A DNA stretch of 43,562 bases, from the NCBI GenBank assembly GCA_031396005.1, contig JANNJX010000001.1, forward strand, positions 1-43,562, given 5' to 3'. A program made the translations under genes and the position numbers. Position 1 is the first letter of the stretch. Each line of letters opens with the position of its first letter. Below the pieces are notes generated by a model. It did not search any database. It was not told where the DNA came from and was given only the letters and a program-made list of their open reading frames with translations. This DNA comes from Burkholderiales bacterium (GTDB lineage Bacteria; Pseudomonadota; Gammaproteobacteria; Burkholderiales; Burkholderiaceae_C). This document shows positions 1 to 7,978 of the stretch, piece after piece.

Positions 1-144
1 ACGCCGGCCAACGCCTCGGGCGGGCGCACGCAGGGCGTCGGCGTGCGCTTCCCCAACGACGAAAAAACGCGGCTGCTCAAGCTGCGCATCGAAGAGATCC
101 TCGGCACGAGCATCCAGTCGGCCAAGCCGACACAGACGATCTAG
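1..144 (+). CDS. pilZ: PilZ (type IV pilus assembly) protein, C-terminal end; the gene starts upstream of the window
   Basis: Frame 1 is open from base 1 to TAG at 142-144. The translation ...GVGVRFPNDEKTRLLKLRIEEILGTSIQSAKPTQTI matches the remembered PilZ C-terminus (GIGVQF..D......IE..L). The position just before a TatD-family gene is the usual holB-pilZ-tatD synteny. Confidence 0.65.
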   Translation, partial: TPANASGGRTQGVGVRFPNDEKTRLLKLRIEEILGTSIQSAKPTQTI

Positions 145-190
145 GTTGCAGACGCACTAGACTCGCCGCGGCTGCTTGGCACCGCGCACG

Positions 191-967
191 ATGTACGTCG
201 ACTCCCACTGTCATCTCACCTTCGTAGGCTTGGCCGATCGCATCGGCGAGGTCCGCGCGGCGATGGCCGCGGCGCAGGTCGATCGGGCGCTGGTGATCTG
301 CACCACGCTCGAAGAGTTCGACCGCGTGCATGCGCTGGCCACGGCGTACGACAACTTCTGGTGCAGCGCCGGCGTGCACCCGGACAACGAAGGCGTGCGC
401 GAGCCGTCGCTGGAAGACCTGCTGCAACTGGCGGCGCTGCCGCGTGTCGTCGCCATCGGCGAAACCGGGCTCGACTACTACCGCCTGAACGGCCGCAGCA
501 TCGACGAAATGGACTGGCAGCGCGAGCGTTTTCGCACGCACATCCGCGCCGCACGCAGCACGGCCAAGCCGCTGGTGATCCACACCCGCAGTGCCAGCGC
601 GGACACGTTGGCGATCCTGCGCGAGGAGGGCAGTGCGAGCGGTGTCTTTCATTGCTTCACCGAGACGGCCGACGTGGCCCGGGCGGCGCTCGATCTCGGC
701 TTCTACATCTCGTTTTCCGGCATCGTCACTTTTCGCAACGCCGAAGACTTGCGCGAAGTAGCGCGCTTCGTGCCGCTCGACCGCCTGTTGATCGAGACCG
801 ACAGCCCGTACCTGGCCCCCGTGCCGTTTCGCGGCAAGACCAACCAGCCGGCGTACGTGGCGCATGTGGGAGCAGCCGTCGCGGTGCTGCGCGGCATCCC
901 GTCCGAGGCTCTGGCGAGTGCCACCAGCGCCAACTTCGAGCGCCTCTTTGAAGTTAAAGCTGCATGA
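191..967 (+). CDS. TatD-family metal-dependent hydrolase (YcfH-like DNase)
   Basis: The ORF 176..967 has an internal ATG at 191 that gives MYVDSHCHL, the canonical TatD N-terminal HxH metal motif. Further TatD blocks are present: GVHP, AIGETGLDYY, VIHTR, GFYISFSG, ETDSPYLAP. Confidence 0.9.
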   Translation: MYVDSHCHLTFVGLADRIGEVRAAMAAAQVDRALVICTTLEEFDRVHALATAYDNFWCSAGVHPDNEGVREPSLEDLLQLAALPRVVAIGETGLDYYRLNGRSIDEMDWQRERFRTHIRAARSTAKPLVIHTRSASADTLAILREEGSASGVFHCFTETADVARAALDLGFYISFSGIVTFRNAEDLREVARFVPLDRLLIETDSPYLAPVPFRGKTNQPAYVAHVGAAVAVLRGIPSEALASATSANFERLFEVKAA

Positions 968-1602
968 AGCACTACTTTAGATTTCTGGTTTATCTGCTTG
1001 TGGCGTTTTGCTTTTCCACCGTCAGAGCAGGCTCGTACGAAGACTTCTTCATGGCCATCAACCGTGACGACGATCGGAGCGTGGCGAAACTGCTCGAGCG
1101 TGGATTCGACCCGAATTCGCGCGACCCGAAGGGCCAGACCGGGCTCATCCTGGCCTTGCGCGACGGGTCGACGCGGGTGGCCGAGGCCCTTTGGAAGAGC
1201 CCGGCGCTCGACGTCGATGCGCAAAATGCCAGCGGTGAGACGGCGCTGATGATGGCCGCGCTGCGCGGCCAGGTGGTGTGGATGCAGCGCCTGCTCGACC
1301 GCGGCGCGGCGCCACACAAGCAGGGTTGGTCGCCGATCCACTACGCGGCCACGGGCCCGGAAACGAAAGCCGTGGCGTTGCTGCTGACGCGCGGCGCGCC
1401 GATCGAAGCGCTGAGCCCGGACAAGGACACGCCGCTGATGATGGCTGCGCGCTACGGCTCGGAGGGCAGCGTCGATCTGCTGCTGGCGCGCGGGGCATCG
1501 GCGTCGCTGAAGAACGTGCGCAACCTCGACGCCGCGGACCAGGCGCGCGCCGGTGGCCGCGATTTCCTGCTTGAACGTTTGCAGAAAAGCGTGAAGCGTT
1601 AG
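964..1602 (+). CDS. Secreted/periplasmic ankyrin-repeat protein
   Basis: The N-terminus has a signal peptide (MKHYFRFLVYLLVAFCFSTVRAGS). Repeated G.T.L..A...G......LL..GA ankyrin units follow. The ATGA start/stop overlap with the TatD gene suggests translational coupling. Confidence 0.85.
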   Translation: MKHYFRFLVYLLVAFCFSTVRAGSYEDFFMAINRDDDRSVAKLLERGFDPNSRDPKGQTGLILALRDGSTRVAEALWKSPALDVDAQNASGETALMMAALRGQVVWMQRLLDRGAAPHKQGWSPIHYAATGPETKAVALLLTRGAPIEALSPDKDTPLMMAARYGSEGSVDLLLARGASASLKNVRNLDAADQARAGGRDFLLERLQKSVKR

Positions 1603-1718
1603 CGTGTATTTCTGCGCCCGGCGAGCGCTGTCGCGGCGCGCTCCTGCTGTTCGGGCAGCCAAGCAATGCCTAGAGTGAAAGCGGGCCCGGTGGCCTCTTC
1701 ACTCAAGGAACTTTCGTC

Positions 1719-1943
1719 ATGAACGCTGTCCCTCAGATCGCCAATCCCTTTGCCTTGTTGACCGACCCGGAGGCGATCTTTCGCGCCCTCGAAGCGTCAC
1801 CGCGGCTCGAAGGCCTGAACCGCCGCATCTGCCGCCCGCTCGACCGCGCGCATCGCGAAGGCAACGCCGAAGGCCCGGATGCTGCCACGCACGATACGGT
1901 GATCGATTGCGAGCCGGACCGCATTGACCGCCTGTTTGGTTGA
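1719..1943 (+). CDS. Small hypothetical protein (74 aa)
   Basis: An isolated ORF with GC-rich third codon positions and a weak AAGGA upstream. No motif was recognised. An AT-rich spacer follows at 1944-2030. Confidence 0.4.
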   Translation: MNAVPQIANPFALLTDPEAIFRALEASPRLEGLNRRICRPLDRAHREGNAEGPDAATHDTVIDCEPDRIDRLFG

Positions 1944-2071
1944 TTGTTGGGTGTCCGTCATACTGACTACGATGTATATTATGTCAACTAACGTGCGGAC
2001 CTACATGCAGATGGGCTTCATGAGTTGATGCTTTGGCCGCTGCCCGCGGCACGCCGTGGCAGCATCAGCGC

Positions 2072-3136
2072 ATGCCAATACGACCGCCCGCCTCCGTTCA
2101 GGCTGATCTTTTCGAGGCCGAGGTCCGCCAGGACGACCTACTCACGGCGTGGGCGCCGACTGAAGGCCGCGTTGGCGCAGCGGCAGTCGATGAGACATGG
2201 CGTGAGCTGGCGGCGCAGCTCGAAGCGTCCTTCGGCAAGCGCCTGCACCTCGGCACGTCGTCTTGGTACTTCCCGGGCTGGGCCGGCTTGGTGTGGGACG
2301 AACGGCCGTACAGCGAATCCGATCTGTCACGCCATGGCTTGGCTGCGTATGCGCGCCATCCGCTGCTGCGCACCGTCAGCCTCGACCGCACGTTCTACCG
2401 CGCCATCGACACCGGCACCTACGCCAGGCTGGCCCGGCAAACGCCCGACGACTTCCGCTTCGTCGTCAAGGCGCCCGCCGAGATCACCGACGCGGTGCTG
2501 CGCGCCACCGACAGCGGCGCGCCGCTGCAGGACAACCCGTTTTTTCTCGACGCGCGGCGTGCGTTAGCCACGGCGGTGCAGCCGGCGGTGCAAGGGCTCG
2601 GCGACAAGCTCGGCGCGCTGGTCTTCCAGATCTCGCCGCTGCCTGCCGCGTGGCTGCGCAACGGCACCGCCCTGCTCGACCGCTTCAGTGCGCTGTGGCG
2701 CGCAGTCGTGCCCGCGATGCCGGCCAGCGCGCTGACAGCCCTCGAATTGCGTGACGCACGCATGTTGACGCCGCGCTTGATGGCACATCTGGCGCAGCAT
2801 GGTGTTCGCTATTGCGTCGGCCTGCACGACCGCATGCCAGCGGTCGCGGGGCAGGTGCAGGCGGCGCACGCCGCGGGGGCTGGCGACTTCATCTGCCGCT
2901 GGAACCTGCACCAGGGCCTGCGCTACAACCAGGCCAAGGCGCAGTGGGCGCCGTTCGATCGCTTGCAGGCGCCTGACGTGCAGACGCGCGAGGCCTTAGC
3001 GAGAGCCGTCGTTGCCGCGCTCGCCGACGGCCATCGGGCCTTCGTCACCATCAACAACAAGGCCGAAGGCTCGGCGCCGCTGTCGGTGGTCGAGCTGGCC
3101 AAGTCGATCCTGCGCGAAGCGGGCGTCACAAGATAG
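2072..3136 (+). CDS. DUF72 (UPF0759) family protein
   Basis: The block LHLGTSSWYFPGWAGLVWDE...LRTVSLDRTFY...FRFVVKAP is typical of DUF72. The start is taken at ATG 2072 inside ORF 2033..3136. Confidence 0.8.
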   Translation: MPIRPPASVQADLFEAEVRQDDLLTAWAPTEGRVGAAAVDETWRELAAQLEASFGKRLHLGTSSWYFPGWAGLVWDERPYSESDLSRHGLAAYARHPLLRTVSLDRTFYRAIDTGTYARLARQTPDDFRFVVKAPAEITDAVLRATDSGAPLQDNPFFLDARRALATAVQPAVQGLGDKLGALVFQISPLPAAWLRNGTALLDRFSALWRAVVPAMPASALTALELRDARMLTPRLMAHLAQHGVRYCVGLHDRMPAVAGQVQAAHAAGAGDFICRWNLHQGLRYNQAKAQWAPFDRLQAPDVQTREALARAVVAALADGHRAFVTINNKAEGSAPLSVVELAKSILREAGVTR

Positions 3137-3149
3137 GCGCCCTGCTCTG

Positions 3150-3545
3150 TCAGCCCTTCACCGCGCCGGCAGTCAAGCCCGTGATGATCTGCCGCGCGGC
3201 GACGAAGGTGAAGATCAGCGGTGGAATGGCGATCAGGCTGCCCATTGCCATCACGCGGCTCCAATCGACACCGATGTCGGTGATGAACAGCGACGCAGCG
3301 ACCGGTAGCGTGCGCGTGCCGCGGTCGGTGAGAACGAGCGCCAGGATGAATTCGTTCCACGCGATGCGGAAGGTGAAGATCGACGCCACCGCGAGGCCCG
3401 GCGCCATCAGCGGCAGCAGGACTTTCGTGAAGACACGCAGCGGCCCGCAGCCGTCGATCGCCGCGGCCTCCTCCAGCTCCACCGGCACCTGCAGCACGAA
3501 GCCGTAAAGCAGCCAGATCGTGAACGGCAAGTTCACCGCCACGTA
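3150..3545 (-). pseudogene. C-terminal remnant (~130 aa) of a carbohydrate ABC transporter permease (MalG/UgpE-like)
   Basis: Only the last ~131 residues of ORF 3150..3860 look like a permease: YVAVNLPFTIWLLYGF...ELEEAAAIDGCGPLRVFTKVLLPLMAPGL...WNEFILAL, which includes the EAA loop. Upstream residues in the same frame are Arg/Pro-rich nonsense. No partner ABC genes lie nearby. Confidence 0.7.
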
Positions 3546-3549
3546 CAGC

Positions 3550-3735
3550 ACTCGACGCGAGCCGCTCGCAGGCCTGGACGTCCTTGGCCAGGCGCTGTGA
3601 CTTAGCCGCAGTGGGTGTCGAAGTCTGATAAACGACAGGCGCCGTCGTGGCGCAGCCCGCGGCAGCGCAGGCCCACAGCAGCGCCGTGCAAAGCACCCAG
3701 CGCGGCTGTGCGTGGAGGGGTATCGAAGGTTGCAT
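3550..3735 (-). pseudogene. N-terminal remnant of a lipoprotein gene (signal peptide plus lipobox), truncated at the junction with the permease remnant
   Basis: ATG at 3735 (minus strand) is preceded by AGGAG. The translation MQPSIPLHAQPRWVLCTALLWACAAAGCATT has a lipobox (AAAGC). The frame then runs on without protein-like sequence through the permease remnant in a different frame. Confidence 0.5.
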
Positions 3736-3847
3736 GGCACGCTCCTGTGAGGTTGTGCAGCCACAGAGCGCGGCCGGCCCGCGCTGATACGGCAGCCGAC
3801 CTGCGAGGCGGCGGTGCGACGGAGCTTCCGCCACCTCAGGTCTTCGC

Positions 3848-4471
3848 ATGGTGGCATCATCGGTGCTCAGAAAACGCGAGCGCCCTTTGCAGTACGAAGA
3901 ACTGTCCGACGCCGAACTCATCGCGCGCTGCCGCGAAGGCCACCAGGCCGCATGGAGCACGCTGGTGCGGCGCTTTCAGCGCCTGATCTTCACCGTGCCG
4001 CGGCGCGCCGGCATGTCGCAAGAGCAGGCAGCCGATGTCTTTCAGACCTGCTTCGAGAAGCTCTACCAGCACATCGACCGCATTGACGACGCCGAGCGCG
4101 TGCGCGCCTGGCTGGTCACCACCGCCCGCCGCGAGACGCTCCGCGTGCTGGAGCAGGCGCGCCGCGTGGTCGATCTCTCGCCCAGCGCCGGTGATGGTGA
4201 TGGCGACTCTGGCGATCCGCTCGACCGCTTCGCCGACCCGCATCCGCTGCCCGAGGCGCTGCTAGCCGACTTGCAGGAGCACGACCGCGTGCGCCGAGCG
4301 ATGGAGCGGCTCGACCCGCGCTCGCGCCAGTTGCTCGAACTGCTGTTTTTGCAGGACGAGCCCTTGCCGTATGCCGACATCGCCGCCCGCCTGGGCATTG
4401 CCGAAGGCAGCATCGGCCCGCTGCGCGCGCGCGCGCTGGACAAAGTGCGCGAGTTGTCGAAAAACCTGTAA
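3848..4471 (+). CDS. ECF-type RNA polymerase sigma-70 family factor
   Basis: Region 2 (AWSTLVRRFQRLIFTVPRR...DVFQTCFEKLYQHI...RAWLVTTARRE) and region 4 (LDPRSRQLLELLFLQDEPLPYADIAARLGIAEGSIGPLRARALDKVRE) are both recognisable. Confidence 0.9.
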   Translation: MVASSVLRKRERPLQYEELSDAELIARCREGHQAAWSTLVRRFQRLIFTVPRRAGMSQEQAADVFQTCFEKLYQHIDRIDDAERVRAWLVTTARRETLRVLEQARRVVDLSPSAGDGDGDSGDPLDRFADPHPLPEALLADLQEHDRVRRAMERLDPRSRQLLELLFLQDEPLPYADIAARLGIAEGSIGPLRARALDKVRELSKNL

Positions 4472-4529
4472 CGCCTGTGTATTTTCGGCGCGTGACCCTT
4501 GTCTGTAGCGCATCACAGAGAGCCACATC

Positions 4530-5039
4530 ATGAACACCCCAGCCGATCCCGACGACGCCGCCATTGAGCACCACCTGCGCGCGGGCCGCCAGCTCGAAGA
4601 CGCGCCCGAGGCGGTGATCCAGCGCGTGACGGCGATCTGGCAGCGCCCGGCGCGCGCAGCCGCCGCGCCAGGCTTGCTGCCACGCCTGATTGCGGCACTC
4701 GGCTTCGACAGCAGCACCACGTCGGCGACGGCCCTGGGTGTGCGCACAACCGGCCCCACGACGCGGCAGTTGCTGTACACGGTCGAAGGTCACGGCATCG
4801 ATCTGCGCATCGGCGCGGCCGGTAGCCAATGGGCGTTCAGTGGCCAAGTGCTCGGCCCCGACAGCTATGGCAGCGCGGTCCTGGCTGACGTTAAAGGCCA
4901 GCTGGCTGGCGAAGCGCCGCTTGACGAACTCGGCGAATTCCGCCTGCCGGCTGTTGCGGCCGGCCACTACACGCTGACCTTGCGCCTGCGCAGCATCGAG
5001 ATCGTGTTGCCGCCGATCGACGTGCCGCAGAGCGCCTAG
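4530..5039 (+). CDS. Hypothetical soluble protein; candidate sigma-factor partner or anti-sigma with a C-terminal beta-sandwich-like domain
   Basis: The gene sits directly between the ECF sigma gene and the CHAT gene. I see no transmembrane segment and no HxxxCxxC zinc motif. The C-terminus (GEFRLPAVAAGHYTLTLRL) resembles carboxypeptidase-regulatory-like folds. The function is inferred from position only. Confidence 0.6.
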   Translation: MNTPADPDDAAIEHHLRAGRQLEDAPEAVIQRVTAIWQRPARAAAAPGLLPRLIAALGFDSSTTSATALGVRTTGPTTRQLLYTVEGHGIDLRIGAAGSQWAFSGQVLGPDSYGSAVLADVKGQLAGEAPLDELGEFRLPAVAAGHYTLTLRLRSIEIVLPPIDVPQSA

Positions 5040-5042
5040 GCC

Positions 5043-7859
5043 TTGGCCGACGAGTCGCCGCGCGAACTGGCCCAGCGCCTGACGGCCGCCGATGGCGCAC
5101 CGGCGCTGACGTCGCTAGCGCCGCGATCGGACGACGAGTGGGCGGCGCTGGCTTGGGCGTTGAAAGACGACTGCCAGGCCGCGTGGACCGAGGAGCCACC
5201 GCGAACGCAGCGTTGCGTTGACGTGATTGAAGCACTGCAACAGCGCGTCGAGCATTCTGAGATTGGAGCGGCTGCCGCATGGTGCAGAGGTCTGGCTCTG
5301 TTGGCACAAGGACAAATGGAAGCAACGCTAGCTTGTCTGGACCAGGCGCAACGTAAGTTGATCGCGCTAGGGCAGACGCAACGCGCCGCGCAATCACAGG
5401 TGCCGAGGGTGATTGCGCTGTCGATGTTGGGGCGGCATGACGAGGCGTTGGCGTCAGGGCAGCAAACGCTGGGCGCGCTGATCGCAGTCGCTGACGAATT
5501 CGGAGCCGGCAAAGTAGAACTGAACCTCGGTTGGATGTTGATGCGCCGCGATCGCTATGACCAAGCCATGCAGTGTTTCAAGGGCGCCGCCGTTCGCTTC
5601 GCTCGTGTGGGGGACGAGACGCATTCGATCATGGCCGACATTGGCCAAGCCAGCGCACGCACATGGCGTTTCGAGTTCGACGAAGCGTCGCGGTTGTATG
5701 ACCGTTGCGAAATGCGCGTGGGCTCCCGAGAGCTAGCGTCGTTGCGAGGCGGCATCGACACCAATCGCGGACGCATGGAACTGCATCGTGGCCGGTTCGA
5801 AGCAGCGCTGCGCGCGCTGACGTCGGCTCTGGATCTGGCGCAGACAAATCGCCGGCCGCATGACGTGGCCGAGTCGCGTCGCGATTTGGCCGACGCTTAC
5901 TTGGCTCTGAACCTACTGCCCGAGGCAATTGCGTTGTACGGCCAAACGATCGACGGCTGCATCGCTTTAGAGGCGCCGGTGGAGCGCGCTTGGGCGGAGG
6001 TCCAGCGCTCACTGGCATGGGTGCGATGCGGCGACGCGCAGCGCGCGGCCGACGGGCTGACGCAGGCCCGCGTCTTGTTCGAAGCCGACGACAACAGGGT
6101 GGGCATCGCACTGACGGACCTGTGCAGCGCAGCGCTGTCGTTGCAGATGGGCTTGGCCGGCATGGCGCTGCGCGATGCGCGTGCCGCCGCGCGCGCGCTG
6201 GAAGCCACCGGTGTTGACGGATGGCGGCGCGAGGCTGAATTGCTGGTGGCCGATGCGCTCGCAGCCTTGGGTCAGATCCCAGCAGCACGCGCGATGTACG
6301 AGCAGGTGCTCGACGCCGCAGCCGAGTTGCCGCAGTTGCTTGCGCCTTGCCACACCGCATTGGGGTTGCTGCTATATAGCGAAGGGCGGCGCGACGCTGC
6401 TCGCGAGCAGCTCAGAAGCGCGCTCGTTCACACCGAACTGCAACGCGACGCGCTGCCCAGCGACGAGTTCCGGACCGCCTTCGGCGCCGACAAGCAGCGC
6501 CCCTACGACGCGCTGATCGATCTCGCGTTCGACAGCCCCGCTACCGACGCCGGCTGGCGTTTGCTGGAAGCGATCGAGCAGGCGCGCGCGCCTGCTTTGC
6601 GCAGCGCTCTGCAGCGCCGAGACACTTCGGCGGCAATCGACGAAGCCAAGCGCGAACAGCTGCGTTGGCTGCAAGCCCAGTGGCAGCAGGCCATTGCCGA
6701 GCAGGATCTCGAGCGTGCGTCGCAACTGCAAGGTCGCACGCGTGCGCTCGAACACGAGTTTCTAGAGCAGGTGCGGCGCGCGCAGGCGGCCGCTGGCGCC
6801 ACGGTCGCGGCGCAGCCTTTGCGCTTGCCGGCGGACGAAGCGCAAGTGCGCGGTCTGGTGCCCGAGGGTACCGCGGTCGTCGTCTATGCGCGGGTCGGCC
6901 CACGCCTGGCCGCTTGTGTGGTTACGCGGGAGCGCATCGATTCTGTCGTCGTCTCGGCTGACGGCGTGGCCGACCGCATCGAGAAGCTACGCTTTCAAAT
7001 CGACTCGCTGCGTTTCGGCGCGCCAGCGTTGCGCGCGCATGCGTCGCAGATGGCACAGCGCTGCATTGCGCATCTGCAAGCGCTGCACGCCAGCGTGTGG
7101 CAACCGCTGGCCCGGTTCGTGTGCGGCTATGAGCGCATCGTCATCGTGCCGCACCGCGAGTTGCACTACCTGCCGTTCGCCGCCTTGCACGACGGGCAGA
7201 CCAGCTTGATCGAGCGTCACGAGATCAGCCTCGCGCCGGGGCTGGCGCTGTGGCTCGCCGAGACGGAAACAGTTCGCCCCTGGCGCCACGTTGCAGCGCT
7301 AGGCGCTGGCGGCGATGCTTTGCCGCATGTTGCGCGGGAGGTGCGCGCTGTCGCGGCGGCTTTTCAAGCCCAGCCTGGCGGCTCGGCGGTGATGCATCTC
7401 GAAGCGCAGGCCACGCAGGCGGCGCTGCGGGCGTCGCTGGCCGGTGCCGACGTGCTGCACCTGGCCTGTCACGGCCAGTTCCGCGCCGACAGCCCGTACT
7501 TCTCTGCGCTGCAGCTCGCCGATGGGCCGCTGACAGTGCGCGATGCCGCCGAGCTGCCGCTGGCCGCTCAACTCGTCACCTTGTCGGCCTGCGAGACTGG
7601 CCTGAGCAAGGTCGCGCCCGGCGACGAACTGCTCGGCCTGCTGCGCGGCTTTCTGATGGCCGGTGCACCACGGGTGTTGTGCACGCAGTGGACGGTCGAT
7701 GACGCGAGCACCGCCGTCCTGATGGCGCAGTTCTACCGCAGCGTGCTCGGCGGTGCGCGGCCGGCCATGGCGCTGCGCGCAGCGCAGCGGGCATTGGCCT
7801 GCGAGCAACCGCACCCACACCACTGGGCCGCATTCGCCTTGCACGAGCGGGGGCATTGA
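5043..7859 (+). CDS. TPR-repeat / CHAT-domain (caspase-like) protease, 938 aa
   Basis: The N-terminal ~650 aa are helical and TPR-like. The C-terminal CHAT domain carries the His/Cys dyad motifs HLACHG (His codon 7470-7472) and LSACETG (Cys codon 7590-7592), and ends ...HWAAFALH. The start is TTG, 4 nt after the upstream stop. Confidence 0.85.
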   Translation: MADESPRELAQRLTAADGAPALTSLAPRSDDEWAALAWALKDDCQAAWTEEPPRTQRCVDVIEALQQRVEHSEIGAAAAWCRGLALLAQGQMEATLACLDQAQRKLIALGQTQRAAQSQVPRVIALSMLGRHDEALASGQQTLGALIAVADEFGAGKVELNLGWMLMRRDRYDQAMQCFKGAAVRFARVGDETHSIMADIGQASARTWRFEFDEASRLYDRCEMRVGSRELASLRGGIDTNRGRMELHRGRFEAALRALTSALDLAQTNRRPHDVAESRRDLADAYLALNLLPEAIALYGQTIDGCIALEAPVERAWAEVQRSLAWVRCGDAQRAADGLTQARVLFEADDNRVGIALTDLCSAALSLQMGLAGMALRDARAAARALEATGVDGWRREAELLVADALAALGQIPAARAMYEQVLDAAAELPQLLAPCHTALGLLLYSEGRRDAAREQLRSALVHTELQRDALPSDEFRTAFGADKQRPYDALIDLAFDSPATDAGWRLLEAIEQARAPALRSALQRRDTSAAIDEAKREQLRWLQAQWQQAIAEQDLERASQLQGRTRALEHEFLEQVRRAQAAAGATVAAQPLRLPADEAQVRGLVPEGTAVVVYARVGPRLAACVVTRERIDSVVVSADGVADRIEKLRFQIDSLRFGAPALRAHASQMAQRCIAHLQALHASVWQPLARFVCGYERIVIVPHRELHYLPFAALHDGQTSLIERHEISLAPGLALWLAETETVRPWRHVAALGAGGDALPHVAREVRAVAAAFQAQPGGSAVMHLEAQATQAALRASLAGADVLHLACHGQFRADSPYFSALQLADGPLTVRDAAELPLAAQLVTLSACETGLSKVAPGDELLGLLRGFLMAGAPRVLCTQWTVDDASTAVLMAQFYRSVLGGARPAMALRAAQRALACEQPHPHHWAAFALHERGH

Positions 7860-7978
7860 CGCGCCGGTCCAATTGTTGTCGGCCGCGGGGGTGACCCTAC
7901 TCGTGACAAATCGTCACGCAGGTGTACGGCCAGCGGCAATCGCGGCTCTGTGCGGATCGACAAGAAGGAGAAGGCCCG

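Noticed and set aside
3736-3847. ECF-type autoregulated promoter (GGAAC-N16-17-CGTC-like) upstream of the sigma gene
   Set aside because: The only candidate is GGAGCT-N13-GTCTT, ending about 5 nt before the ATG. Its spacing and -35 match are poor, so it is too weak to call without transcription start data.
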